Source: Candidatus Bathyarchaeota archaeon
GTDB lineage: Archaea; Thermoproteota; Bathyarchaeia; Bathyarchaeales; Bathycorpusculaceae
Reading direction: 5' to 3'
Assembly (NCBI GenBank): GCA_963702095.1
Contig: OY969706.1
Coordinates: 224,001-288,000, forward strand
DNA length: 64,000 bases
Part shown: positions 10,347 through 20,348 of the stretch, piece by piece
Position numbering within the stretch: the first letter of the stretch is position 1
Layout: every line of letters begins with the position of its first letter
The notes under the pieces: model-generated
Seen by the model: only the letters and a program-made list of their open reading frames with translations
Told to the model about the DNA's origin: nothing
The model's database searches: none
Translations under genes and position numbers: made by a program

Positions 10347-10385
10347 TTTTATAAGTAAAACTACAGGGGGTTTGTCCTGGCGATG

Positions 10386-10526
10386 TTATGCTCGAGTCTC
10401 AAAATCAGAATACAAAGTGCACTCAGAACATGCACATTTTACGCTTAATTCCTTCACAATCTCCGCTTGCGAGAAGCCCAATCCTTCGAGCTTTAGCAAT
10501 CCCGGCCTCCGCTCAACCGTATCCAA
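10386..10526 (-). pseudogene. Truncated HTH gene remnant
   Basis: Hand translation LDTVERRPGLLKLEGLGFSQAEIVKELSVKCACSECTLYSDFETRA, then stop. Confidence 0.45.
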
Positions 10527-10837
10527 GCTAAAGCACCCCCATGAAATTGCAGAAAAACTTCAAACCTGAGCTACGCTGAGCCAATAGCTTGAATTTTTTT
10601 CTTGTTCTTTTTTAGCCAATAGTTAAGCGCCTTTCCACTTTCTCGTAAAGACAACAATAGAGAGCCCGCTCTCAAGACACCACAAAACGAGACAACGATA
10701 ACTAAATAATTAGTGAATAGAAATAAAATTTTCGCTTGGTTCTATGGGTTTGCTGAGTCTCTGGATACATGATTTTAGTTAAGCTAAAAAACAAACGAAA
10801 ACCTCGTCAAACCTTCCTTTAATAAAAAAGGTGGTAT

Positions 10838-10875
10838 GCGGGCGACATCTCCAAGCTCAGAGGGTTCAAATCCCA
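10838..10875 (+). repeat. att-like repeat copy
   Basis: GCGGGCGACATCTCCAAGCTCAGAGGGTTCAAATCCCA, closely matching 35358-35407. Confidence 0.75.
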
Positions 10876-11013
10876 TCTTTGAGCCTTAATAATTAACCAG
10901 TACTTATACTTCTAACTAGATGTAACCATAACTTTATTTTGATAATATATTGATAAGCAAATTAGCTATAATTACTACTTGACATTTATTAGTGGTACTG
11001 GCATGTATAATTT

Positions 11014-11325
11014 GTGTTTATTATGGCAACACCCGAAGTAGGTAAAAATAGAAAAATTGTGGCAAAAGTAACCCCTGTAAAAGAAATACCTGAAGGCAGA
11101 AAAAGAACTAAAGTCCCCGAGTATGATGAAGTGTTTAAACAGATTGCCGATAGCCCAGATAAAATGTTTAAAGTTGAGGTTGAAGGCAAAACCGTGAGGT
11201 CAATGTACGCTCCATTTACATTCCGGATAAAATTATACAATAAGAATCCTGACAGAAAGTTCAACCTAGCAATTAGAATACGCAATAAAGAAGTCTATGT
11301 AGTAAAATTGGATAGAAAAGAATAA
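11014..11325 (+). CDS. Hypothetical basic protein
   Basis: 103-aa ORF in operon with the next gene. Confidence 0.55.
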   Translation: MFIMATPEVGKNRKIVAKVTPVKEIPEGRKRTKVPEYDEVFKQIADSPDKMFKVEVEGKTVRSMYAPFTFRIKLYNKNPDRKFNLAIRIRNKEVYVVKLDRKE

Positions 11326-11327
11326 AG

Positions 11328-11645
11328 GTGAAGGACTTGAAAGATAGAAATGAAGCTGTGTGGGGACAGGTAGAAAAAATTGGTAAAGGCACAAAAGCGA
11401 ACTATGATTCTGTTAGGAAGACCATTACATTCTGCTTCAATAGAAGTGCTGAGACATCCAGCGATATTTTGAGAAATTCTCGACAACAACTCATTGAAGA
11501 ATTAAAAGAACGAGGTTTTGCAAGCCGCATGAAACCTAATGGTGAAATAGTCGTAGATAATATTGCAAAGGAAGATGTGGTTCTTGAAAAGAAAAATCAC
11601 AAACTTATAATACGGTTGAACAGGAAACAAACTGGAGAAAAATAA
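11328..11645 (+). CDS. Hypothetical protein
   Basis: 105-aa ORF 2 nt after the previous stop. Confidence 0.55.
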   Translation: MKDLKDRNEAVWGQVEKIGKGTKANYDSVRKTITFCFNRSAETSSDILRNSRQQLIEELKERGFASRMKPNGEIVVDNIAKEDVVLEKKNHKLIIRLNRKQTGEK

Positions 11646-11988
11646 CCAAAAAAAGGATGCAAAAAAAACTAAATATTCTTTGTCGGTATCGACAGCTAAG
11701 TCATAGACCAAACTAGACTACGACCAAGGCATTTAAGAAGAAATAAGTCTCTCTGAAATAAAGAGGGTAATAAGGATAAAGGGTCTTCTGGAGTATCGTT
11801 TCCTTTCGGACCTATTACAAAATAAAAATGATTTCTAAAAAAAGAGAAAGTGTAGGTTAAGACTGTGGGAAAAAAATAGGTGCCAGATCATATTAAAAAG
11901 AAAGAGGGTTTTTGGGGAGATTTGCCCCCTCAACTTTATAGAAGCCAAAGTGCTAAAAACAAGCGAGCCTATTTGAAAAAAGAGATAA

Positions 11989-12021
11989 GCGGGATATGTC
12001 TCCTCGGTTTTGAGGGTTCGA
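11989..12021 (+). repeat. att-like repeat copy
   Basis: GCGGGATATGTCTCCTCGGTTTTGAGGGTTCGA aligns ungapped with 35358 onward. Confidence 0.65.
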
Positions 12022-12220
12022 GGCAATAAAAGTGCATAGGATGTTTTTACTACCTCCTAACAAGACGGTGAATCGTGTCAAGAAAAACCGCTGTACTTCA
12101 GAAGTAGTCTACTAAAGCAGCTGGGTTAGACCCAGAAAAGATATTAACTAAGATGCATTTGTTAAAAATGGAGTCTCCTTAAAAAAGGCGAATTTCTCAT
12201 AGAAACGATTTGCAATAGGA

Positions 12221-12394
12221 ATGTTAAACATGAAGGATTTTAAGTGTTCAGTTTGTGGAAAAAATACTGAGAAAATATGGGAAAATAAGGAGAAAACAAA
12301 ATACGGTATGAAATGCACCAGAGGACATAATAACAAAGATGGAAAAACAGAGTATCCCACGTTTATTGTTCCAGCTGAGGAGTTGGAACCATGA
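12221..12394 (+). CDS. Small Zn-finger protein
   Basis: Hand translation, 57 aa, with CSVC...CTRGH. Confidence 0.55.
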   Translation: MLNMKDFKCSVCGKNTEKIWENKEKTKYGMKCTRGHNNKDGKTEYPTFIVPAEELEP

Positions 12395-12583
12395 GTCACG
12401 TAGTAACAGAATCTTTCGATGGTTCTGTACGTCTTCTTCTTACTTGAGCAAGTTTCTCTCCAGGTGGAAAATCGTCACGTAACCCTTATTTTGTTATAGC
12501 GGTTACAGGTTGGGCTTTTTAAAACAAGTTTTTGACTTTTCCTTCGATGATATTTCGCATAGTGATGAGGAAAAAGAGGGGTT

Positions 12584-12629
12584 GCGGGTGATATCTCCTC
12601 GGCTGATGGGGGTCGAAGCCACCCCCCAC
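12584..12629 (+). repeat. att-like repeat copy
   Basis: GCGGGTGATATCTCCTCGGCTGATGGGGGTCGAAGCCACCCCCCAC. Confidence 0.7.
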
Positions 12630-13012
12630 AAGAGGGCGATGCTCAATTTTATATGCCAGTTACGCAACTGGAGGATCGGTAATCACTATGCAAACTGCTC
12701 CCTTAAAGTCTAAACGGGGTAGGGAATCGTACTTGAAGTCAGATGCCCACCCCCCGCTCTAGCAACGAGTTAAAGCTGTTTCTTTCGATAAAAAAGGGAA
12801 ATGCTTGTGATATCTCCACTTAGATTATGCAACTTTAATGGCTAAGTCTTCCGTTATGCCGAGATTTGCGCGTTTAATCACATATGTATATAAGATACTA
12901 TGCACATAACATGTTATGCTCATAAGCACTAAAATACAAATAGAACATAACACAATAACAGAATTAACTTCTGAAGAAGAAAATACCAAAATAAACAAAG
13001 TGGCGATAAATT

Positions 13013-13147
13013 CTGGGTCGAATTAGCGTAGATATTTCAGACGAACTAGAAAAACAACTAAGATTGAAAACCGTTGAGCGATTTGGCGGGAAAAAAGGCG
13101 ACCTGTCCCGCGCGGTTGAAGACGCAGTAAAAAAATGGGTATCTTAA
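13013..13147 (+). CDS. Ribbon-helix-helix (CopG-like) protein, CTG start
   Basis: GRISVDISDELEKQLRLKTVERFGGKKGDLSRAVEDAVKKWVS; paralog at 28350-28505. Confidence 0.7.
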   Translation: MGRISVDISDELEKQLRLKTVERFGGKKGDLSRAVEDAVKKWVS

Positions 13148-13212
13148 AACAATAATGCATCTAAGAATTCAATTTACAACGTTTTTGTGCTCTTTCAAAG
13201 AGAAAGGAATTA

Positions 13213-13279
13213 GGGGAAGCCGACTAGCCTCAACGCATGGCTAAGATTGCGTAAGGAACTAAGTAGTCGTGGTCCCCCC
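13213..13279 (-). ncRNA. Candidate structured RNA/DNA hairpin (copy 1)
   Basis: Nested stems; compensatory changes relative to the copy at 28238-28304. Confidence 0.45.
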
Positions 13280-13483
13280 GGTTTAGAAGAGCAGAGTATG
13301 GTAATCCTAACATTATTTGAGATGAGATATGTGATTAATAAAAAGTTGGAACTTGTCTTCCTCGATAAAGACGGTAAGTTTTACCCGCTAGACGAGGTTG
13401 ACAGCGCCGAGTTAGCAAAGGGACTTGAAAGTATCTCTAAAGAAATTGCATCAAGACTTAGGTTGCAGAAAGAACAAAGATAG
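13247..13483 (+). CDS. Small hypothetical protein (true start probably later)
   Basis: FLDKDGKFYPL...ELAKGLESISKEIA; decayed paralog at about 28050-28190. Confidence 0.55.
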   Translation: MRKELSSRGPPGLEEQSMVILTLFEMRYVINKKLELVFLDKDGKFYPLDEVDSAELAKGLESISKEIASRLRLQKEQR

Positions 13484-13979
13484 GTTAATGTTAATGCTTA
13501 ATAGAAAAAAAATGGGCGCTATCAGTCAACCGATTAAAGCTCAAAAACAGATACTGCTAAAACCCAAGATTGATAATCAAAGGCTAACTACTGGGACAAG
13601 TTTTATTGCAAACGCGATATACGCGTTGCATGTTGTTCGAAAAATTCCATTTATAGATTATATGATTCTAAAGACAAACTATTTAGAAAATCGAGAGTCT
13701 TATCATCAAAAAATGAATCATGCATTTGCTAGCCGAACAGGCAACACATCCATTGAAGCGTTTGATAACCTGTTTAGTGCTGTAGAATTTAATGATACTT
13801 CGACACTTTGGGAAAGAAAAGCAAGTCTTGCCAAAAGCATTAACGATAACAAGATAGATGTTATGGGCGCTCTGATAGGCGCAATTTCCTCTTACATTAG
13901 CTCTATTGGAGTTTTCATCCCAATGGTACTCACATTCTACGAGATTGGCATGAAAGCATTCTTTGATTTCTTTTCTTAG
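13425..13979 (+). CDS. Hypothetical protein
   Basis: ORF with hydrophobic C-terminus; start uncertain. Confidence 0.4.
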   Translation: MKVSLKKLHQDLGCRKNKDRLMLMLNRKKMGAISQPIKAQKQILLKPKIDNQRLTTGTSFIANAIYALHVVRKIPFIDYMILKTNYLENRESYHQKMNHAFASRTGNTSIEAFDNLFSAVEFNDTSTLWERKASLAKSINDNKIDVMGALIGAISSYISSIGVFIPMVLTFYEIGMKAFFDFFS

Positions 13980-14211
13980 GTTTCTTGGGATTTCTTTTGT
14001 TTGGAATCTATGAAGGTTACTTTAGCCAATGTAGACTCAAAAGATTGGTGCAGGAGCACAAGGATTACAGCAGTGAATTGATGAGATTACCCTTCTTCTT
14101 GAAAGAAAGAAAGATTTGAGAATTCGATAAACCGCTCTAATTTTAAAGAAATTTCTATGGAACAAGAAAGTCTACGGAGTATGAACAATTGGAAACAATT
14201 GAAATGTAGAA

Positions 14212-14545
14212 ATGATTGAAACACAGGAAGAAAGCGAAAAAGACGATGAAATTATCTTCAAGCTGCTTGTGAACGGAAAAACTTTCTTGGGCTAAGAGCA
14301 CACTCTACAGCAGTTTGGACGATATACACAATGTTTGCCGAGAAAAATATAAAGGATATGGCCGCGAATTGCTATCGTTCATGGAGAAAAACGCCAAGAA
14401 CCACGGTGCAACTTCAATGACTACCTGTGATTTTGACTCTTGTAATGATGAAGCGGCTAGTTTCTTCAAGAATATGTGTTATGATATTAATCCCTCTCTA
14501 AGGGGGTTAAACGGTTACTTAAAAGGACGAAAACTGTTCAAATAA
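14212..14545 (+). pseudogene. GNAT acetyltransferase, frameshifted
   Basis: KGYGRELL and A..FF...Y GNAT motifs; 5' part is in another frame. Confidence 0.55.
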
Positions 14546-14803
14546 GCTATCAGGAACATTCTGGCTAGGTCTTAGACTATTCGTGGAGTTTTTTGGCAGA
14601 AAAGCCTGATTTTATAGTCTCTATTTCCTGTGTTTTCTCGGGGTGGGGATTTAGGGGTTAAAGAGGATGGATTTATTGATTGTAACCCTCTTTGAGCACT
14701 TAGAAACAGTTGTGTTAACAGATTGGCTATCTGTGTTTGAAGCTTTTTCTTGAATACAAAGGGATTACAACAAAAATGAAATAGAAACGCGGCTAACCCG
14801 GCG

Positions 14804-15034
14804 CTATGGGGCACCAAACCATTTTTTGAACCATATGATTGCTTCTTTATCGCCGTCAGCATAAAAGAAGCTGCCGTATTCATTTATTTGAGGAAAATCT
14901 GTTTTTGCCTCGTATATAACCTTATTGAAAAGTTTCTCCACTTCTATTACGTTTTGTTTTCCTGAATCAATTATTTTAGATCCAAGTATTTCCCACATTT
15001 TGTCAAAGAGTTTGCCTTGCTGTTTTTCACTCAT
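14804..15034 (-). CDS. Hypothetical protein
   Basis: 76 aa with GGTGA ribosome-binding site. Confidence 0.5.
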   Translation of the reverse strand: MSEKQQGKLFDKMWEILGSKIIDSGKQNVIEVEKLFNKVIYEAKTDFPQINEYGSFFYADGDKEAIIWFKKWFGAP

Positions 15035-15443
15035 TCAAGTCACCTTAGGCTGATTTATTCTCTGCTTTGCCAGAATAAGGACTTTTACTTATGCTCGGTA
15101 CAATTCGTCTTGATACCCCGACGCACGATAGCACGATACCACTTTTCTATTTTATTTCTGCTTCCGCTGTATTGCCTCCAACCCGATTAATCTTTATTTT
15201 CACTGGACCTTGGAGCTTGGCATCGGCAACATATATTACTGTTTATAGACAGACAACGTAGTGGTTGTTATTTTTTCAGCGGCAAGCTCGAAAAGAGCTT
15301 TTGAAGAACCGAAGCTTTCATTTTGAATGTTGGTGGTAAGTAACATTAAGTAATATCGGCACACTTTAGAGTATACATAAGGAAAATCGCCATCCAAAAA
15401 AGTTAACGTTGGCAGCGTCCTTTTCAGATTTGAGGGGAATAAC

Positions 15444-15932
15444 TTGACAAAAACTGATGATCTTTTATTTGAGCTCAACAGATCAGTCGCCGATTATATG
15501 AGGCGTATTCATCCGTTCAATTATAAGAACAAACCATTCTGTTTAATCGACAATTACGTCGCATTACCCAACATTATGTGTGATGTATGCGGAGATTATC
15601 CCGAACTGGAGATTTCAATCATTGAGAGCGCGGACGGCCACACACTACACGCAGGAGATGACTGTATTGATCGTTTGACTGGGCAGAATGTTTCAGAGTG
15701 GATGAAGAATTTTAGGAAAAAACGAGAAAACATAATTTCAAACAGAAAATACATTGACCAACTAACATTGCTTTTCGAGGCGTATGATAGAAAGGAGCCC
15801 TCAGTTCAGATACCTGAGGAGGATGCTAAAAAGCTCAGAGCAATGTTAAATCAATTGAGCAACGGCCTAAACCTCACTGCAAAACAGCAGCAACTGGCAG
15901 ATGCATATCTAATCGTAACAGTCACAGCATAA
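15444..15932 (+). CDS. Hypothetical Zn-binding protein
   Basis: CDVCG...GDDCI motif. Confidence 0.6.
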   Translation: MTKTDDLLFELNRSVADYMRRIHPFNYKNKPFCLIDNYVALPNIMCDVCGDYPELEISIIESADGHTLHAGDDCIDRLTGQNVSEWMKNFRKKRENIISNRKYIDQLTLLFEAYDRKEPSVQIPEEDAKKLRAMLNQLSNGLNLTAKQQQLADAYLIVTVTA

Positions 15933-15942
15933 ACTTTGGCCT

Positions 15943-16971
15943 TTAGATGCTGACGTGAAATGCCCAATGCATGTATGCACTAATATCACGTGAAAGCACT
16001 AACGAAGGTTCAACGTAGCAGTGCAGACTACATTTTTGGCAGTTTTCGATTTTTTTCCAATCAAATCCTGAAACGGCGCCCTTAATGCCGCCTTCAAAGA
16101 TAGAAGTGCTGCTTGCGTAATCGTTGTGGACATAGCAGGGCAAAACAACCTTCCCGTTTGGGTCGATGTTTATCATGGTCCAGGGTTTGCATTGCCAGTT
16201 TTTCTCGTTAGCCATCACTTTGAGGTAACCGATTGAGTTGGCAAGGGGGTAGCCTTCCCTTTTCATTTCAATAAGTCTATGCGCTATTTTTGGTATTCTG
16301 CCATTGGCAGGTGCCGACGTGTTAGCGTTGCAGTATTCGTGGGCGACGGCTACGGATATTTTTGTGCCCAACTCTTTGGCTAGCGTCACCAAGCTTTCTA
16401 TATCATCAACGTTTTCAGCCATTACGGTGGTGTTAATGGTTACGGGAACTTTTTCTTTTGCCGCATTTATGCCGTCTACCGCTTTTCTAAAGCTTCCAGC
16501 CACGCCTCTTATGGCGTCGTGGGTTTTCTCCAGCCCATCTAACGAAACGTAAATGACGCCGTTAATGTAGGGAGCTATCTCGTCTATTCGGGATTCAAGC
16601 AGTGTACCGTTAGTTATCAGGCTTGTATGCAGGGGCAACGATCGGGAAAAAGCAAGAATCTCCACCAAATCCTTCCTAAGAAGCGGTTCACCACCCTCAA
16701 ATGCAACTCCGCAAGCGCCCGAATTGTAAATTTGCCTCAGAATTGTTTTTTCCTGCTCTAAACTCGAATCTCGGCTGCGCCGTCTCCAAAAGGGGCACAT
16801 CTTGCATTTTAGATTACAGTTGTAGGTTAGCTTGTGCCCGCAGAAAAAAGGAACCCTAACACCTAACAAATTTGAGACTAACCCATTATAAATCCTGAAG
16901 CCCATCCGCACGTTGTCCAAGAGATGGGGGGAATTTTTTTCCAAAGAAAAGTCATTAGAAACCTGTTTCAT
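15943..16971 (-). CDS. Radical SAM protein with C-terminal SPASM/twitch-like domain
   Basis: CNLKCKMC, GGEP, TNG, VSLDG; C-terminal CKPW...PC...CQKCSLHC. Confidence 0.9.
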   Translation of the reverse strand: MKQVSNDFSLEKNSPHLLDNVRMGFRIYNGLVSNLLGVRVPFFCGHKLTYNCNLKCKMCPFWRRRSRDSSLEQEKTILRQIYNSGACGVAFEGGEPLLRKDLVEILAFSRSLPLHTSLITNGTLLESRIDEIAPYINGVIYVSLDGLEKTHDAIRGVAGSFRKAVDGINAAKEKVPVTINTTVMAENVDDIESLVTLAKELGTKISVAVAHEYCNANTSAPANGRIPKIAHRLIEMKREGYPLANSIGYLKVMANEKNWQCKPWTMINIDPNGKVVLPCYVHNDYASSTSIFEGGIKGAVSGFDWKKIENCQKCSLHCYVEPSLVLSRDISAYMHWAFHVSI

Positions 16972-17183
16972 GCTTGAGACCCGATGAAGTTTGAAATCGA
17001 TAAAACGAGTGTTGTTTTTCAGTAAAGTTAGTCTTGCGTTTCCTTTAAACCTAACGTTCTCTCGCAACTTATAGCCTTCCATTTTAGTGCTTACACGAAC
17101 CCATCGCAATCAAACAATCCCACGTTTCTTTATATGACGCTTTTCTTTTTTTGAATATTTTAAACAAAAAAATAGATTATGGT

Positions 17184-17342
17184 TTATTTCCACAGCTTTT
17201 TTCCAGTCAGCAGCCAAATGACTACAAAGATTACGGCAATCACGAGCAGTATATGTATCAATGCGCCTACGCCTGGCAAAGCAAAGAACCCAATCAGCCA
17301 AAGTATCACAACAATGATTGCAATCGTCAACCAGGTATTCAT
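17184..17342 (-). CDS. Small membrane protein, lmo0937/DUF5670-like
   Basis: Hand translation MNTWLTIAIIVVILWLIGFFALPGVGALIHILLVIAVIFVVIWLLTGKKLWK. Confidence 0.8.
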   Translation of the reverse strand: MNTWLTIAIIVVILWLIGFFALPGVGALIHILLVIAVIFVVIWLLTGKKLWK

Positions 17343-17356
17343 AGCAAACGCTCCAA

Positions 17357-17647
17357 CTAAGCCTCAACTACTGGTCTTAGGTACATGTGAAGCTGATCTT
17401 TTGATACTTTTAAGTGTAGACCCTTCTCTGTCCAGCGTGCAACCCCTTTTTCTAAGGCTGAAACGGCTAACATGTTTCGTACTCCACCTTTCTTTGCGCC
17501 AAGTACTGATTCAGCTATGCTCTTTTCTAATTCAATTTCAAGATGAGTAATCTTCCACTCTTCAGGATCAATTTCTATTTCTTTTACTTTGCCGATTTTC
17601 TCGTCTAACGCAAAAACATCTTTATCCATAAATTCTTTACTTTTCAT
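17357..17647 (-). CDS. PRC-barrel protein
   Basis: KDVFALDEKIGKVKEIEIDPEEWKITHL pattern. Confidence 0.85.
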   Translation of the reverse strand: MKSKEFMDKDVFALDEKIGKVKEIEIDPEEWKITHLEIELEKSIAESVLGAKKGGVRNMLAVSALEKGVARWTEKGLHLKVSKDQLHMYLRPVVEA

Positions 17648-17719
17648 ACTATTTACCCCTCCTCGGTATACCCCTGATTTGAGATGTCATAAACATGGTC
17701 ATTGGCAGAGTTAAGCGCT

Positions 17720-17743
17720 TGTGACTGCGAGCCCACACCGACA
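17720..17743 (-). promoter_or_regulatory. Palindromic regulator site 1
   Basis: Sense strand TGTCGGTG-N8-CAGTCACA, 5 nt before TTAA, upstream of the PRC-barrel gene. Confidence 0.7.
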
Positions 17744-18049
17744 GACTGACCGTTGAGCCTTAGAAAGAATTTGAAACTTGAAAACAAATAAAAAATGAAT
17801 TCTCAGGTTAGTCTTCAGCTTTTTCAATCAGGCTCAAAAACTTGTTGTCAGAGGTTGGTTTTTCTCATAAAACGCTTCAATCTTCATCTCAAAAGATTGC
17901 CAAGTGATGATGTTTTAATTTGGGAGAAAACTGCTTCTAAACAGCTCGGAAGGCTATTTCGACTAATATCGTGTTCCCCGGGATGTGGACCAAAAAGCGC
18001 ACGGCTGCACACAGTTCTGGCTAAATAAAAAAAGAAAGAAAAGTTAGGT

Positions 18050-19045
18050 TTAGGTTACTGCAGTGGTTTGATCGATTATTTTTGCTTGTGGAGCATTCGT
18101 CTTTACTGATGCTATGCCATTTTCAGCTGACTGTTTGGATAGGTAGGATTGGCTTACAGCAATTATCTGTCCAGTAGCAGCTTTCAAACGGAAACGATAT
18201 CTATCAGGTGCATTGCATTGAATTTCAAAAACCGGGGATTCAACAATTTCAACGTGGTGAACGGGTATAGTTCCACCTGTTGTGTAATCAGTGGTCTTAG
18301 CTATTGGAGCATTCTTTTTTATTGAAGCAATACCTTTTAGAGCATTCTCTCTTGTCCCGTACGAGTGGCTTACAGCAATTATCTGTCCGTTAGCAGCTTT
18401 CAGATGGAAACGGAATCTACCGGCAATATCACATATAACCTCAAAGACACCTGTCACTTTCGCTACTACCGGAATCGGTTCAGTTATCACTTCAGTGGGC
18501 GGCAATGGTTCCTCAACTGGTAAGATGGGTTCTGGGATTTTATCAGTTGCGTGACCCTTCTGTGTATGAGCATTCATTTCGTAAGTAGTCATGAAGCCCA
18601 ATCCGCATATAGGACATGTTAGATCCATATTTGGCATAAGTACGCCATTCAAAACGTGTATTATGCCGTTGTCTGTTACAATGTCTGTGTTTATCATGTG
18701 TGCATCATTGATTAACGGGTTATAGTGAGAAGTCCACCAGTGGGCGGCGTCAATTTTAACCTCTTGGCCTTGGAAAGTTTTCATGTTTTTCATTTGACCT
18801 ATTTCGTCTACTGTGAACTTTCCTACTACAATATGGTACATCAGAATCGCCTTGAGCTTTGGAATATTTTTCAATAGTCCCTCGACTGTACCTGCAGGAA
18901 GCTTTGCAAAAGCATCATCATTTGGCGCAAAAATTGTAAACGGTCCTTTGCGTTTCAATGTTTCAACTAATCCGGCCGCTTGGACTGCGGCTACAAATGT
19001 TGTGAAGCCCCCGGCTTCAACAGCAATATCAAATATATCTGCCAT
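18050..19045 (-). CDS. Fasciclin (FAS1) + C2H2 finger + two DUF1508/YegP domains
   Basis: TIFAPNDDAF, YHIV, NGIIHV; CPIC..H....H; two FRF.LKAA.GQIIAVS.SY repeats. Confidence 0.85.
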   Translation of the reverse strand: MADIFDIAVEAGGFTTFVAAVQAAGLVETLKRKGPFTIFAPNDDAFAKLPAGTVEGLLKNIPKLKAILMYHIVVGKFTVDEIGQMKNMKTFQGQEVKIDAAHWWTSHYNPLINDAHMINTDIVTDNGIIHVLNGVLMPNMDLTCPICGLGFMTTYEMNAHTQKGHATDKIPEPILPVEEPLPPTEVITEPIPVVAKVTGVFEVICDIAGRFRFHLKAANGQIIAVSHSYGTRENALKGIASIKKNAPIAKTTDYTTGGTIPVHHVEIVESPVFEIQCNAPDRYRFRLKAATGQIIAVSQSYLSKQSAENGIASVKTNAPQAKIIDQTTAVT

Positions 19046-19117
19046 TTATTTTCATCTCTTCAAAACAGTTTTCAAGTTTTATCTGAGTTGTAATGGTGTT
19101 CTTATAATAAATAACTG

Positions 19118-19141
19118 TGTGACTGGGGAGCCCCAGCAACG
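19118..19141 (-). promoter_or_regulatory. Palindromic regulator site 2
   Basis: Sense CGTTGCTG-N8-CAGTCACA directly before TTATTTATTAT, upstream of the FAS1 gene. Confidence 0.75.
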
Positions 19142-19207
19142 GGATGGCAAGCTACACGTAAAAGGGCTAATCGATTTGAAGCGACCGGAGAAATTAGATT
19201 TCTCGGG

Positions 19208-19993
19208 TTAGCTTTCAGCTTTTTGCCAGTCAGACTCAAAACTTGTTCTAAGCACACCAATAAGGTTGCGGTTGTTTGTCCACAAAGAAGGGCTTTCGCC
19301 TAATCCGCTTTCTTTGGAGGTGGTAATCAATGCTTCTTTATCATCAGACATTATGAAGTGATTTAAGGCTTCACGATGAAACCTGATTTGAACCGAAGCG
19401 ACACCAATGAATTTTTTCACTTGTTCTATTAGCAAACCATCTGGGCTTTCTCCTTCAAAAAGTAGTCGAACCTGAGTACCTTCCTTTATTGCCAGTCTGT
19501 ATTCATCTGAAAACTGAGCCAAAATGGGCATGATTCTCGTCTTGTCTGCAATCAAAGCGACTTCTTTTCGTGAGTTATTAATCAGACCTGAGGTCTTTGT
19601 TAAAATTGATTTCTTTTCCGCTATCAGTATGTAGATGCTTTCTTCTCCAAGAGACTGTTGCTTCCACTCTTTGAGGGATAGTTTCTGGACCCTGCTCCTC
19701 ATATCCGTCAACCGTTCCTCGGCTCTGTTTTTTTCTTTCGCCAGTAGTAAAGCCAAGGAATCAGAAATAAGAGTAGCCCGGACCTCAGTTGGTTTACCCA
19801 GCAATCTTTCAACCAAACCCATTTTTTCGAGTGCTGGCAGAAGCCTATAGACGTCTTCCCTGCGCACTTTTGAAAATTTTGCTACTTGTCCTACCGTGGT
19901 TTTTTCCAGTTTAAGTATTGCTAAGTAAACCTTTGCCTGATTAAGAGTCAACCCCAAACCAAGCAGGAGTTCCGTGTTTTCGTCGTTAGCCAT
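19208..19993 (-). CDS. TrmB-family transcriptional regulator
   Basis: LGLTLNQAKVYLAIL...REDVYRLL..LEKMGLV; C-terminal PLD-like effector domain ending FESDW. Confidence 0.9.
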   Translation of the reverse strand: MANDENTELLLGLGLTLNQAKVYLAILKLEKTTVGQVAKFSKVRREDVYRLLPALEKMGLVERLLGKPTEVRATLISDSLALLLAKEKNRAEERLTDMRSRVQKLSLKEWKQQSLGEESIYILIAEKKSILTKTSGLINNSRKEVALIADKTRIMPILAQFSDEYRLAIKEGTQVRLLFEGESPDGLLIEQVKKFIGVASVQIRFHREALNHFIMSDDKEALITTSKESGLGESPSLWTNNRNLIGVLRTSFESDWQKAES

Positions 19994-20348
19994 TCCCGAC
20001 TTCCTATTATTTTTTTGTCTAAATTTATATTTATTTTTTTCGGTTGCTTGCTCCTTCAACTGTTAATTCGCATCAACAATTATGAATCCTCATCTACAAT
20101 GTTAAAATGACTCGCAGGTACTCACAGGACTAAACTGCAATAGGTTTGCATACGATAGTCCGTAATCAGGTTGGATGTTTGAATTAAAAAGAATCACCTA
20201 CAAACACCAAACTCTAAAAAAGTACTTCCAAAGAAAAGGAGTATAGCCGATTGGGATGCAACTAATCTTTTTTTAACTACTGAGGTATTGTTAAGGTTCG
20301 TTTCCTTGCCATTCTTGAGGAAATTAGCAAGAAAATTTTTTTCATTTT

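Noticed and set aside
10324-12819. CRISPR array
   Set aside because: Repeats are degenerate and spaced by hundreds of bases; no cas genes are present.
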